Source of the DNA: Folioceros fuciformis
Lineage: Eukaryota
Assembly: GCA_049999805.1 (NCBI GenBank)
Contig: JBNGIO010006239.1
Span: 90,743-154,742, forward strand
Direction: 5' to 3'
DNA: 64,000 bases
The translations under genes and the position numbers were made by a program. The notes beneath the pieces are model-generated. The model was not told the DNA's origin and did not search any database. It saw only the letters and a program-made list of their open reading frames with translations. Every line of letters starts with the position of its first letter. Position 1 is the stretch's first letter. Below are positions 34,403 through 51,920 of the stretch, one piece after another.

Positions 34403-34850
34403 AGAGTCTCCTTGGCCCATGGCAGTTCACTCTTCGGCATGGTTTTGGTTAACCAATAACAGGTGCTCGGGTCTTGACAATCGCAGAAGGCCATGCTAAA
34501 AGTCCCTTGGACAGTGGCGGGATTGTTTTTGTCGCAATAACTCGTCCTCAGCTCATGACCTACGAGGATGGACTAGGCATGAAGTTCCTTGGCTCTTGGC
34601 GGGTTGGAATAACCACGAGCCTATATAAGGAGTCTCCTTGGCCCGTGGCAGTTTACTCTCCGCCATGGTTTTGGTTAACCAATAACTGGTGCTCGGGTCT
34701 TGACAATCGCATAAGGCCGGGCTCAAAGTTCCTGGACAATGGGGGGATTGTTTTTGTCGCAATAACTCGTCCTCGGCTCATGACCTACGAGGATGGACTG
34801 GGTAGGAAGTTCCTTGGCTCTTGGAATAACCATGAGCCTATAGAAGGAGG
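34403..34850. repeat. direct tandem duplication of about 225 bp
   Basis: agtctccttggccc(a/g)tggcagtt...ggaataacca(c/t)gagcctata starts at about 34404 and again at 34631. Confidence 0.85.
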
Positions 34851-36747
34851 AGGGGGGGTATTCCATCACGGTGGTGCGTCCAGGTGGGGCGGTGGCTCGT
34901 ACCCCTATGATGGCTAAGTAAAGAGTGCTATGGTGACTCTAATTCGTAATGACGTTGCACTTTAGAATATGTCTTTTATACTATTGTACATCAAAAAATA
35001 TGTTTTGTATGGATTTATTCTTAATAAGCCAAATGGATACCACATTTATAAAAAATTCATAATTAAGAAATTTTTTCTCGAACAAGTACTTACATGGGGT
35101 CCCTTAAGAAAATATGCCCTTTTTTATAGGGTAGGTGTAAGGACCTTTTTAAATATTAAAAATATAAGAAAATATGATCATTTTATGCCAAATAAGAACA
35201 CTTTTGCATAAACTTCTTTCTTCTTTCTTGTGAGAATACAAACATGAGATCTCCAAGCCAAATAGGGGGGAAAGATGAAGGTAATTCACTTGTTCTAACA
35301 AACTCATGAATGGTACATTAGGGCTATCAATACCAGCACAAAAAGGAGTTATCCTAAGAAGTGGAAAAAGAGTCCTCATTTTGGAAATTGATGTCGTTTC
35401 AGCCCAAAAGTGCCTTTCAAGTTCGTTAAAACACTTGTAAATAAGGCATAAAATAGACGTTCTTGTAGAAGCGGAAACTTCCAAACCTGCATAACTTGCA
35501 CCTTCTACATCTAGGAGCATGCAAAAATCGGACTACATAATGTTGAAATTCTTAAAAAAAACAAAACCTATCATCTTTTAGTTTTTTGGGTGTAAGAAGG
35601 CCGTAACGTCACGCAAGTAGACTTCCAACGATAGTACAATTAACATAGTAGAGACAACTAAGGATGGGGACTAATCTAAGAGAGTGGGAGAAACAGGGTA
35701 AGTGGACGAGCACCGCCCATCTTAAAAATCCCACCACTACCGTAACAACAATAATTGATTGTCTCACATAAGTATCACATTTAGTGTTAAGTGAACAAAT
35801 CTTTGAAGAGTAAAACACAAGTTAATATTGTGCGATGCATTCAAAGCAAAAAGAAACAACTTGGATGTTTGACCTAAACACTATTGTGTAGAACTTTATA
35901 CTGCTAAATACATACTCTTTTTTTCTCCTAAAGCATTAGATCTTTGTGTTATGCAAATACTTAATGGTTTTGTTTCGAGTTGAACAAAACACAAGTAAGC
36001 AATGAAACAAGTTTTATACCCACTAAGCAAGGTGCTTGACCGTCAAGATGCTTGGCCATTGATATGCTATACAAATCCCTCTCCATGCAAAAACTCTCTT
36101 TCCCTTAAAAGGTGAGGAGAGGAGAAATGCATGACATAAATGTTATACTTGTTTTATGTTCCTCAAATTCAACCTTTAAGAGAACACATTAATACTAGCA
36201 TTGGCTAGAATTAGGGTAGGTAGAACCTTTCCAACTCATGACAACCATCACTTAAGACCTGAACCCTTTGAAAGACACTTGGAGTCACATTGGAAGGTTA
36301 TGCTAAGCCACTATTGCAAGGATCATATACTAACCCTAGTTCACATAAACAATTAAAAAGAGCCATAATGATCCTCATCGAATGCAAAAATGCCATTGGA
36401 AGGGGGAGACTTAGGCCTTTAAGTGAGTATATCCCAGAAGTGATCCCTTTACATTGTTCCTTATGCCTACTTAAAGTGCGGTCTGGTCTATGTGGCATTC
36501 ATCGACTAAAAACCCAAAGGTGCTTTGCAAGGAAGTTTATGGNNNNNNNNNNNNNNNNNNNNNNNNNNNNNNNNNNNNNNNNNNNNNNNNNNNNNNNNNN
36601 NNNNNNNNNNNNNNNNNNNNNNNNNNNNNNNNNNNNNNNNNNAGACGTCCTTCAAGATGGATGAAAGGAATCTTAAAACAAATCTTTATAATTTACTTAA
36701 AGTTATTTCAAGGTACACCACAACAAAACTCTAATTGAATATTGGAT

Positions 36748-37443
36748 CTATACTTGTAACTCTATTTCTACATTGAATTTATAATTCAAAGCTGCCTTTG
36801 GACATTTCACAAGTTGGAATGCTTTTGTAAAGATTTTTATAGATCGTCTCGCATACTTTTCCTCAAATGCTGTACATTGAAGCTTAGTAAGAAAGTAGTT
36901 AATTTGGGACACAAAATGCTTTAAGAATCTATCGAGCCGATCACGAGGAACAATACCTCTTATACTTAACAATGTGGTTGTGTATCTCACTCCTTCTTCC
37001 ACGTAGCCTAATTCTTTGAGTTTTTGATTGAATACAGGCAATGGATCATTACTTAGCCGATGAAGTACTTCTGTCCAAAATCTCTTGAAAGTCTCTACTC
37101 CAAATGAATGTAGACATCGTACTTCTTCCAACCATTTCCACATGTTTATATGTAGGTGTGCACTTGCAAGTGTTTCATCTATATGATTTTGAATAACCTC
37201 ATACACGTGCATCCAATTAGCTTGTTGGTCAATGGGGAACGCCACACCTTGCAGGTTGTAGATTGATGTTAGTTCACTTTCTTCAAGTTCTTGTCTATCC
37301 ATCGCCATATGATGCATGTTGGCGATTGGTACTAGTTTGCCTTCTACAAAGAGTGTCTTGGTGATTGGTACTAGCTTTCCTTCGTCAAAGAGTGCCTCCA
37401 TATCAACTTTTCTCGTAGTTTCAACTCTTGTACAAATGTTCAA
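36748..37443 (-). CDS. 231-aa ORF of unknown function, probably repeat- or TE-associated
   Basis: Long ORF in AT-rich DNA with a second decayed copy at 30300-30755; no motif recognised. Confidence 0.35.
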   Translation of the reverse strand: MNICTRVETTRKVDMEALFDEGKLVPITKTLFVEGKLVPIANMHHMAMDRQELEESELTSIYNLQGVAFPIDQQANWMHVYEVIQNHIDETLASAHLHINMWKWLEEVRCLHSFGVETFKRFWTEVLHRLSNDPLPVFNQKLKELGYVEEGVRYTTTLLSIRGIVPRDRLDRFLKHFVSQINYFLTKLQCTAFEEKYARRSIKIFTKAFQLVKCPKAALNYKFNVEIELQV

Positions 37444-39085
37444 ACTAATTCTTGTCTTCCTGGCTTTATAACCTACAACCGTGTATTACACTCGTCGAAG
37501 GCCAAGGATATGGTGCTCAATTTTTTTTAANNNNNNNNNNATTTTTTTTAAGTTATGCACATTGTGTAGACACCAAGTTCCAAGGACAACAATTAGGAAT
37601 ATTTTCCCTCGCATACACCAAGTTTCAAGGATGGCTCTTAGGAATATTTGCCCCTACAAAGACATGCAAACAATCGTAAGCCAAGGATGACAAGTGAAAA
37701 CATTTGTCCCTATAGAGATATGCAAATAATCATAACCTAAGGGTAACCATTAGGAGTAGTTTTCCAACAAAGACATGCAAACAATCATAACCCAAGGACA
37801 ACTATTCTTGCATGAAAATAGAAGCATGTCTACGCGCCTAGGTATGAGTACACTAGCATGCCAACACCCTTGGCCCTTGGAAAATCCTATCTACTCAAAA
37901 AATGAGGAGGTTATTTCCAAGGGGAATAACCTAAAAAGAGCCAAATCCCAACAAGAGCAAACCCTAAACCCTAAACTGCTTCAAGTATCATTCTTGAAAG
38001 TACTTACTACTCCCATAAATTATATTGTGATGGAAAAGGCTTATTGGTGCCAATGACGTCATGTACACTAGTGGGTCTTCTAAAGATGGCATTGACCAAA
38101 GACCTTATCGAAAGGATGGATGGGTATGTTTTGCCTAAGTAAAAGTAAGACTTTAGGGCTTACTTTTTAGAATGGCTTTCTTAGGACACGACGGGTGGTT
38201 TTGGCTTTTGATTAGGTGGTGTATTATCATTCTATATGGTTGGAGTTGTTTTTGGGAAAGCATATCTTGCAGTGTGTGCCCAAGCATTGGCACGCTGTTA
38301 AAAGAAGACTATTATTGAGAAAAGAGGGAGAACTCATTCTTGTGACTATCATAGACCTTGTACACTCCTTCACAAGCCTCGAAATTTTTTTTTGTCCATG
38401 ATTCCAGGGATCAAACTTTAAGTACGGGACTTCGTTGGAGGGTGACTCGGCAAGATCGATGGGACGCTTCTAATTGCTGTCTCCATCTGTCCAAGGCGTT
38501 GTGAGACTCGGTACTTTTTCGCTTTCCTCCCTTGTAGCACTAACCAGTTGGCAGTGACATTACTTATATGAGCGTCCCATTCCGTCACATTTTGAAATAT
38601 GGGTTGACGAGAAAGAAATACAAGACGTGGGTTCAAAGGGGACTGTATCTGTACAATATTTGAAGTAATGGGGTGATAAATGAAATGAGATCTGGTGTAC
38701 GGCGTGGAAGGCGGGACATGGGGGACTAGGACGTGCTGTTGGAAATGGAGCGTGAAATATCAGTGGCCTCGGGCCATGACTGCGACGACTATGGCCACCG
38801 TGAAGACTCGACATTTATGCATTCGAGGGTGAAGTCTCGCGGTCCTGCCTGCCCGTTTCCGAATCTTCCTGCCGGTTGCCAATCTGTGGGAAGCAGCACG
38901 GCTGGTGTTTGACAATCTGCTGACCTCGACCAGCTCGGGAACCGGCCATGGGATCCAAATTGCATGACCCAGCGGAAGCCATGGAGCAGGGGCAGGTGTC
39001 GGGGTAGTCGGGAACTGCAGGGGCTGGCGCCGGGCGGCGGATCGTGAAGCTGTGGAAAGCGGAGGGAAAGGGGAGCCCAGGCGAG

Positions 39086-42242
<3,157 letters not shown>

Positions 42243-43849
42243 GCTCGTATGAACACGAGCATACGCAGCCGACCTCTATATACTGGTAATTAGGCGGCCA
42301 TTAGATGTCGATTCCATCAGGAGCCTTTACTTCAATCTGGGGAGCATTCAATTTTGTGTGAGGTGAAGAGTCAGAGTATGGATGCACTAATATCCGCGCG
42401 GTCACCGGTATGTTCCGGGTGTTCAGAGACGGGAGTAGAAGAGCAGAATTCTAGATCTAGTCTACGAGCGTCCTGACGTCGCTGCACAATGATCCCGTAC
42501 TAACACCTATTATTATAAATGCACGACCTGGATAACTGGCACACGCCGTAGAGGCTTCAGCAGACGCGACTCTTCGGCCATCTATCTTGGTTGTTTATGA
42601 TTTCTTCTGCTCACCTCCCAGTGACTTGATCGTCGGAAACTTACGTGCGCTTTGGTCTGACAGCCAAGTACATATGGACCATGTCCAGAGGCTTTACGTT
42701 CACCCACACATGCACAGAGACCTAATAGAATCAAGTATTTCAATCCAGCAAGAGAAGAAGCAAGATAATGGGTTAAGAGAGTTCGTGAAGAAAACTTTCC
42801 ATTCGTTCAACATCACTACATTAATTAGAGAGAGTGCTAGGTATCTAGAAGAATATATTTGAGGGGCTAGTTCCCCCTTCCAAGTGATATTTGAGAGGGC
42901 TAGTTCCTCATTGGGCTTAGCATTTGAGGTAGCTGGTTTCCTTGGGATTGATATTTGAGTGTGCTAGTTCTATTTTGGGACTCATATTTGAGGTCAAGGG
43001 GTAATTCTCTTTTGAGCTATGGTCTAGGTTGTTGTTCCTCTTTTCTTTTGGGTAGACATGATATTGTATCTCTTTTTTAATAAAATATATAATTTGTTGG
43101 AGTGACCCAAGTGTAATAAACACTAAGTTCATAACTATTGATTGTTATTAGGAGTGAAGACAAAATATTCTTTAGGGTTGATAATGGCATTAGGGTACTA
43201 AGGATTATTATTCTTTAGGGTTCATTCACTAAGATTTCTTAATATTCACTAATATTTCTTAATATATACTACACTAAATACATAAGGAATAAAGAGGAAT
43301 AAAATTGTAATCAAGAACATTGAATAGAAGATTTTTCTATCATAAATATGACAAATGTGGTTCCATTTGAGATGGCCATACATTCTAGAGTTATCTTATA
43401 GCTAGTTATCTAAATTCATACTCCAAGGCACACTTTATTAGACAACTTGTGACATAGCTTACTATTATAAAGAATAAAAATAAATCATTCATGATCGTTA
43501 AGAGGAGTTCTACAAGTATATTTCTCATTTTTTATGAAAATATATTTATAATGTGATTTTGTGTAATTTTTAATATTAAATTATTTATTTATAAAATATA
43601 AATAATAACCATTGTACTCACAAGTCTCACAAAAGTAATAATTTAACTACTATGTATGCATAATTTGTGATGCTTTCAAAATATTGTTGTAAGCTTCTAA
43701 AGCTAAAGCCTTGCTAGGGAGGTACAAACCTTAAAGACCAAAAAAAAAGAAAAAAAAATCTGGTTCACGAAAAGTCTACTCAATTAATAACAAGCAATAT
43801 TGGAATGAAGGATCATGACGCCATAATCTTGGTAAATTATTTTTGATGG

Positions 43850-46800
43850 TTAAAAAAGAGATGAAGAAATTCCATTTACTCCAAAAATAAAGAGGAATAA
43901 CCCAAATATGGGCAAAGGGCAAAAAGGGTACTAATGCTTTCAAATATCATTCTCAAAACTACTTACTATTCCCAAAATAGCGTGATGCAAAATAACAAAA
44001 GACCTACTTACCTCTATTATTGAAGAAGTCGCTTGACCTGCACTTGTTGCTGTTTTAAAGGCCGTATTGACCAATGCTTTTTACAAAGCAATAGATATGA
44101 AAGAAGGCCACCACTAAGGAAAAAGGAAGAATGCTATTCCTACAGCTATAATACACCTTAGTGCACTCCTTGATGAACCTTGAAAAGTCCTTGCCAATAG
44201 TCCCATGGGTTTCAAGAGCAAGGGAGATAAAAAAAACATTTCTAAATGAAACTTTATTGTGCAAAGTATATGGACACTACCTGCATGAAAGAAACCCACA
44301 TTCCCGAGCTATTAAGAACATGACATCCCGGGGGACTCCATCATAAGTGGCAATGCAGTGCCCCCCCCGAAAGGACAACATACCGCATAGGATCTTGTGA
44401 CGACAATGGACTCCCTACAACTACATGTAGAGAGAGAAAAAAAAGAGGTGGTCTAAACCTAAGTGGAATCTCATTGCGGTGGCGAAAGTTGTTAGTGCAT
44501 TTCGAAATGCATGGATGTAGGGTCGAGCTAAAAGTCAAGAGCTCATGAACAAGAGTGAATACGAGCATTCCTTTATATGAACAAGAGTGAATACGGGCAT
44601 TCCTTTATATTCCNNNNNNNNNNATACGGGCATTCCTTTATATTCCTTTATATGAACAAGAGTGAATACGAGCCCGAGAAGACTATGAGTCCGAGCGAAG
44701 GGCTCTTAGTGGTTAGGCGTGTTGCTTTTGTACGAGGGAGGTCTAAAGATTCCTCAACCCTTTTCTAGAAAGGGAGGTGAAAGAGATGGAGTCTCAACAT
44801 CTGAAATAAAATCTTCAAGAATTGGGGAATCTTGGAGTAGAAATGATGAGACCAAAATTGGAGTTCAGAGAGCCGAGCTACTAACGAAGGTAGGGTAGAG
44901 GTCTCTATGGCCAAAAGGCTAGCACCTCATAGACGATTGGCAAGGAAGCTTGCTTTCGAGCTAAATCACCGATGACACACTTGAAGGTGCTGGGACCTAT
45001 GATGTCCCTAAGCACTTGCATAACTTGATTGTTGAACTTTGTACGACTTGATAATAAAGCTAGAGAAGGTGCAACAATTATGTTGAGGTAACATGGTTGT
45101 CATGCAAAGCAAGAAGAAAAAATATCAAATGCCTGAGAATCACCGATCAGTAAGAGGTCCAGCATATGAGCCAAATCTTCATCCAAAGCTGCAGTCACAA
45201 ACTTGTAAACAAAATCAGCAGGTCCTATAGAAACCTCCAAGACTTAAAGTCCCTAGAAGAAGGCAAATATGAGTGTCATCAGCCACGGATGGAAAAAGCA
45301 ATTCCAAAATGCCAAGGCAATAGAAGACAACACTTGAAAATGCACCATGGCAAAAAGAGCACCTTCTCGCAAATAACCTTGCCTTGTGTTTGTTACTAAA
45401 TAAAAAAACTGAGACGCTTTCAATGGCATGGTCATATTGGTAGTAGAGCTTGGATAGTGAGCCGCAGAAGAAGTAAACAAATGTGATGAGACAAGCCAAT
45501 TAGCTTCCTACACTCTTGAGCTTCGAGAAGGCAACTCTAGAAATGATGTTCATACCATTCTCAATATCAATTTGCAAAGCCACCCAAGTAAGGATGTGAC
45601 CCGAGGGGCGGCCTAGAGACTGAGGGTAGTAGATTCGCACCCTTTTAGGATAGCAATTCCAAATTGTTACAGAATGGTTAATCTACCCGTATCCCTATAT
45701 GTAATCTAGTTATCGTCTAGAGGGTTAGGTCACTACGAAAGGGTGTACCTCTTCATGAACGGACGCCCTGCACCACCTTAAAACACACTTTGAGTACCTT
45801 TTGTTTAACTAATTATCGAACAACATATCTTGCGTAGCATCATGGGTTAGATGCATGCTTCACAATCCTACTACTAGGATTTTCTCACAAATTGATGGGG
45901 TGCAAGTTGTGCTTGGATGTGCTTAAGAAGTTGGATCGCAATGCTTCGGCTCATGAGGTATAAAAACACCTCCTCCTTAGCAATAGTGCACACTCTTAAG
46001 GTGGGTTTTTCCAACGCTAGCAACCTATTAGCCTCCAAAGCTTGAGAGTTTTGGTTAGAAATCTCACTTGTGACCACGGTAATTGCTGACATAAAAAGCT
46101 TTGAAAAACCACTTGAAGGAAACTCAGGCGAAAAAGGATCTAAAAATTGATAATAAACTACGCCAAACAAACCCCTTGAAGAAAGCTACATGACATTAGA
46201 GAGAGCACAACCAAAAACCCCTCAATCCAAGCAAGAAGGCTCCTTGATCAAGAAGCCTGTGGTACAATGTCATGAGGTTCTATGTGAAGCTAAAAGTGCA
46301 GCAATGGTGTCCCCACTTGTAGATGCTACCGATTTGGGCACAGTGCTATAGTAGTCTAAGCATATTCACCATCCTTGCCCAACATAAGATATTGCTTGAG
46401 TTGCACATTAAATGGGTCATGACAGACCTTATCAACCTTAGCAGTCTCAATCGAGATTTTTCCGCTAGTAGATCCTTCTTCTGAAGAGCTTGCTAATCTC
46501 CAAATCGAAAATGGTGAAGTCAAGAGGCCACCTCACTATGTCCTAAAGGACCACCCCTAGAGCCCCGAAGGCACTACGTTAGGAGAAATAGAAACAAAGT
46601 CTAGGTGTTCTTATCCCTTGGGTCTCGAGCAAGGCAATCTAAGAAAAGACGATAAGCAAGGTAAACATCATTCTGTAGGTGCCTAAGAAGACGTCGTAAG
46701 ATTCGCAGTTGGCTCAGAAGAAGAAGCAAGTTGCACTTGTGTCACTGAAGTGCTCATATCGAAGTGCTTATGAGCAATGTGGCATTTCACCCTCTTCACC
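43850..46800 (-). mobile_element. degenerate RLE-type non-LTR retrotransposon (CRE/R2-like), copy A
   Basis: RT-proximal LLALEKPT.RV.TIA.EEVF..LMSR..QLAPHQF; C-terminal FISLALETHGTIGKDF; 3' end catctctttttt shared with copies B and C. Confidence 0.65.
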
Positions 46801-47089
46801 ATGGATTAAAGTTGAGAACATAATATATAAAGAGTGTTTTTGAAAAAATTATGAAAAATTACTATCATAGAAAAAATGATAGCCGATGAAGAAGAAAAAC
46901 ATAAAGAAAATATAAGAACCCTGCCAAAAATACTTATAATAATAATACTAAAATATGTGAATAAATCCCAAAAAATCTTGTCACTATTTTCAAGAAATCA
47001 AAGGTTAGGATTGATAGTAATGAAGTTCCATAAATGTATAAAACCAAAACACAACTAGTACTCCTCGTTGTAATCCAAAACACTTGATT

Positions 47090-47330
47090 CATTCATGACG
47101 ATCCACTCTCTGCCATTCTACAAAGACCTAATTGTGCAACTGCACAAAAATACAGAAGAAAATCATAAGAAATCAAACTTACATGACAAAAACTACCATC
47201 GTAGAAAAACTTACAATCTTCATCTGCCATTCTACAAAAACCTAATTGTGCAACTGCACAAAAATACAGAAAGCTACAAGAAATCAAACTCACATGAAAA
47301 AAATTACCATTGTAGAAAAACTTATAATCA
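47090..47330. repeat. tandem duplication of about 115 bp
   Basis: ctgccattctacaaa(g/a)acctaattgtgcaactgcacaaaaatacagaa occurs twice. Confidence 0.75.
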
Positions 47331-47619
47331 ATGAAGATGAAAAAAAAAAACTTTTAGAAATTCTTGTAGCAAGTATAGGAACCTTGCAAAAAATATTGAT
47401 AATACTAATAATAATACTAATAATACTAATCATATTAAAAAAATCCTCAAAAAATCTTTATCACCTTGGAATAATTTAAACCTTGGGATCGATAAGTAAG
47501 TAAGCTCCAAAAATATCAAAAGCCAAAACATAAGTGGTATTCTTTGCTCGTTGTAATCTGAAATCCTATGTTTTATTTTGTACACTCCACTCTACGCTAT
47601 TTTGTTTCGTTGTGTTGCT

Positions 47620-48480
47620 AAAACATTCCTACACCACTCTATTGTGTTATTCCTATGTCACGCATATGCCCACTCCTACACTGTTTAACCATATAGCTCT
47701 TAGCTACATCACGCTTATGCCCACTCCTACACTATTTAACCATATCGCTCTTACATCTCTCAATTGCAAAGGCCTTCTACATTGTTGAATCATTTCGCTC
47801 TTCCACTACACAATCATATCTCCTACATTGCTTATTCCACTCGTATCACCCCTACATCACTTCTACGCCCATCACTTTTACACCACTCATACACCTATCA
47901 TCCCTACATCACTCCTACGCTCATCACTTTTACACTTCTCATACACCTATCACTCCACACACCTCTCTATGTGCCCATTACTGCACACCACACAATTATA
48001 CAACCCCTATATCACTAATACCACTCACACTCACTGCTCGTACCACCCCTACATCACCCCATACCACTTGTACATCCATTGCTCCACACCACTCTCTATC
48101 TACCCACCCATTACTACATACCACTCGTGCTCTCTATGTACCCATTACTCCATACTGCTCCTACACCCATCAATCCTCTCTACGTACCCATTACTCCATA
48201 CTGCTCCTACACCATCAATCCATACTACGCTCTGTACACTCATCTCTCCACACCGCTCTCTACATATATTGTTCCACACGACTCTCTACACATATTGTTC
48301 CACACCACTCTCTACATATATTGGTTCNNNNNNNNNNCACCACTCTCTACATATATTGGTTCCACACCACTCTCTACACATATTATTCCACACCACTCTC
48401 TACATATATTGTTCCACACTACTCTCTACACATATTGTTCCATTTGGTTGATCACTCCACACGGTTCTATTTGGTTGAGT
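47620..48480. repeat. C/A/T-rich degenerate tandem repeat grading into a 25-26-bp unit
   Basis: Repeated caccactctctacatatattgttcca; includes an N gap. Confidence 0.8.
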
Positions 48481-48524
48481 TGTATGATATTTGTTTAGGA
48501 TGCGAAAGGTTAACTTCAACTCTC

Positions 48525-49410
48525 ACAAGTAGTACTATTATTTCTATCTATCTACTATGATACTAATACTACTTCTATCAATTATATGAGTAGTATTTCC
48601 TTTGTACTTGCTATGGTAGTAGTATTATCTCTATTAGTTATTGATATTGAGAATAGTATTCCCTTTCTACCTGCTATAGTAGTAGTACTAGCTCTATATA
48701 GAGTAGAGTAGTATTTGTGGGGAATAGTATAATACGAGAGTAGAGTAGTACTCATGGGGTATAGTAGTAGTACTATTTCTATAATTATGACAATAGAGTA
48801 GTGTGGGATATAGTAGTAATACTATCTTTATAAGCCATGAGAGTCGAGTAGTATTCGTGGGTACAATAGTAGTACTATCTCTATAAGTTATGAGAGTAGA
48901 GTAGTACTTATGGGCTACACTAGTAGTAGTAGTATTTGTGGGTACAATAGTAGTACTATCTCTATAAGTTATGAGAGTAGAGTAGTACTTATGGGCTATA
49001 GTAGTAGTACTATCTCTATAAGTTATGAGAGTAGAGTAGTATTTGTGGGGTATAGTAGTAGTACTATACCTATAAGCTATGAGAGTAGAGTAGTATTCCT
49101 AGGGTACTAATAATAGTACTATCTTTATAAGTTATGAGAGTAGGGTAGTATTTAGGGGGTATAGTAGTAGTACTATGTCTATAAGATATGAGAAGAGTAG
49201 GGTAGTATTTATGGGGTATAGTAGTAGTACTATCTCTATAAGATATGAGAGTAGAGTAGGGTAGTATTTGTGGGGTATAGTAGTAGTACTATACCTATAA
49301 GATATGAGAGTAGAGTAGTATTCGTGAGGTACAATAATAATACTCTCTCTATAAGTTATGATAGAGAGTAGAGTACTATTAATAGAGAGTAAAGTAGTAT
49401 TCGTGGGGTT
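48525..49410. repeat. AT-rich satellite with a unit of about 55 bp
   Basis: Repeated gagagtagagtagtatt(t/c)(g/a)tggggtatagtagtagtactatctctataag(t/a)tat. Confidence 0.9.
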
Positions 49411-51249
49411 AATCGTCTTTCGACTTTGACTTTAAGACCTTTGGGTTTTTCTTAAGACCTTTGGATTTTTCTTGTCTCCTTATCTTTGGTGTTCAGTCCA
49501 GAAGCCAGGATATCCGTGGCTTCAAACGTAACTGCTTGCACGGATACGAGGACCACAGCTGGCAGCCAGGACGGTAGGACCTGTAACGCTGTTTGAAGCA
49601 CAAGCCTTTGCGGGACCCCTTTAGCCGGGCTCTTCTCATCTCGTGTGCTATATGGTAGGGTCCAGAAGATGCTGGTGCTCCTGGTGAGGACCAGCGTGGG
49701 GAAAATTGTCCCCACCCATGCTCCAGTATCCTAAGGAGCTCAAGACGGTGCTGTGACTGTCCAAGCACCGCCATGAATCACTGGGAGGGCTGAGGGTCTC
49801 TGCATGCGAAGATATCACAGCCAGCGTGGAAGGCACTCACACATAGCAGAGTCATGATCCCACGACAGAACAGCTCAAGACACCAGAACTCCCTCTCTGG
49901 ACATATCCTTGTGACGTCTCTGACGAGAACCGCCTTCGGCCCTACAGCCGAGGCCCCAAACCCGGGCCGCGTGACAAAAGTTGACACAAGTGTCTTGTCC
50001 AGGGTACAAACCCGAGACTGTAGCCTTCGGGATTGGATGTTGCGTTGTCGCGATGTTCCGTACTAGAGCACGCTCCACCATGGACAGAATGTTTGGCGAC
50101 TCTTGATGTCGAGTCCAGGACGACAGGGAGGACGTCGTTGCGTGAGCCTGGACAAGCTTCCTGTCACGGTGATCCAGGTCGGACGAAATGGCAACTCGAA
50201 ACGCGCTAAAACCTTACGACAAAGAGACCAGCACGCCACTCGGGTTAGACGTCGTACCATCCTCATTGGTCCGAAAGCCAAAGCCTGACCGCATCTTCAT
50301 ACAGTGGTGTTCTTTTGTTCTTCCTACACAGGATGAGGGAAGGAAAAAGGAAAAAAAAACATGATTCCGGACCGACTTGCCTTTGTTGTGGAGGTACGAC
50401 TATGTCGCTCTGCCGCCTTGCCTTGAACCGAGGAAACGATAGCCGTTTCCGAAGCCTTCCGGACACCTCCTTTCCATATGCTGCAGCCCCCCGTCTCTCT
50501 TGCTTACGGGAGCGTTCCATGCTCCATTCTGCGAGCTGCTTCTGCGAAAAGAAACCAGTGCTTGGCCTGCGTGCCCACAAACGCACCTGAGTGACATGGC
50601 GACCGGTAGCATGAAGGCAATCGCACCTCCTGTGAGTCCTGCAGGGTCAGGCCGTGCGCATGGAGACTGCGTCTGTGCAAACAGGGTGTGGGAGCATGGC
50701 ATTGCGGGTTCACAATGAAGAGGGATTTGCAATGGTGTAGTCCACACATTGCGATTCTCGAGGATTTGGCGGCGATGTTGGAGCATACTGTAATATCGTG
50801 GCTCATAATCACCCGAAGATGGGAATGAGCTCCAGAACGGCAAATCACACCCATGACATGTCTTCGGAGCACTGGTACTGCAACAAGCAGCACCATGAGA
50901 TGACACAGCGCTGCGAAAACCGTTGAGCGGTCCGCAGCTCTTGCAAATGCAGAACTTCACCGTAATCAATGTTTTACAGGAGACCACACTCCTAGCACTT
51001 CAACGAATTAGGTAGCCGGTAGCTATGGTCCACGGATCCACGCCAAACACGTTTCTTCTTTTCTTTCTTTTCTCAACTACCATTCAATCTATCACGTACT
51101 GTGTACTGGCAAAGTAGGTATGTACTTTGTACTAGCATTCAAATGCCTTGGAACCATATATGTTGAAAGAATATCAAAACTAACATCCTCCATAGGTGAA
51201 AGCTCTTATCTATGTTTCCTTCTGTGGTGCAGCAATATTTGGTTGTACG

Positions 51250-51920
51250 GGGCCCTAGTGGTGGGAGGTGGTCTACTAGTCATAATGTTGAAGGTGAAGG
51301 TCAAATGATTAGAAGCAATAGTTGTCTTTCTAGTGGTCGGAGGTTGCCTACTAGTCATAACGTTGAAGGTGAAGGCCAAATGATTAGAAGCAATAGTTGT
51401 CTTTCTATTATTGAAAAAGATATGGAGTTATTTATTAGTAGTCGTTTGTCTAGTGTGCTAGAATTAGAAGTGGTTTGTCTTTATGCAAGGATTACAAGTG
51501 GAAGTCGTTTGTCCGGTATGCAAGGATTAGAAGTGGTTTGTCTTTATGCAGGGATTAGAAGTGGAAGTTGTTTGCCTTTCATGCAAGTAGTTTGTCTGGT
51601 ATGCAAGGATTAGAAGTAGTAGAAGTGGTTTGTCTGATATGCAAGGNNNNNNNNNNAGAAGTGGTTTGTCTGGTATGCAAGGATTAGAAGTGGTAGAAGT
51701 GGTAGAAGTGGTTTATCCAGTATGCAAAGATTAGAAGTGGTTTGTCTGATATGCAAGGAGTAGAAGTGGTTTGTCTTTCATGCAAGGAGTAGAAGTGGTT
51801 TGTCTTCCATGCAAGGATTAGAAGTGGTCTATCTTCCATTCAAGGATTAAAAGAGACTTGTCTTCCATACAAGGATAAGAAGTGGTATGTCTTCCATTCA
51901 AGGATTAAAAGTCATCTATC
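51250..51920. repeat. tandem repeat array (29-bp unit, preceded by a duplication of about 80 bp)
   Basis: Repeated atgcaaggattagaagtggtttgtct(ggt/ttc). Confidence 0.9.

Noticed and set aside
47764-49110. His/Thr/Tyr- and Ser-rich ORFs
   Set aside because: They are translations of low-complexity satellite DNA.
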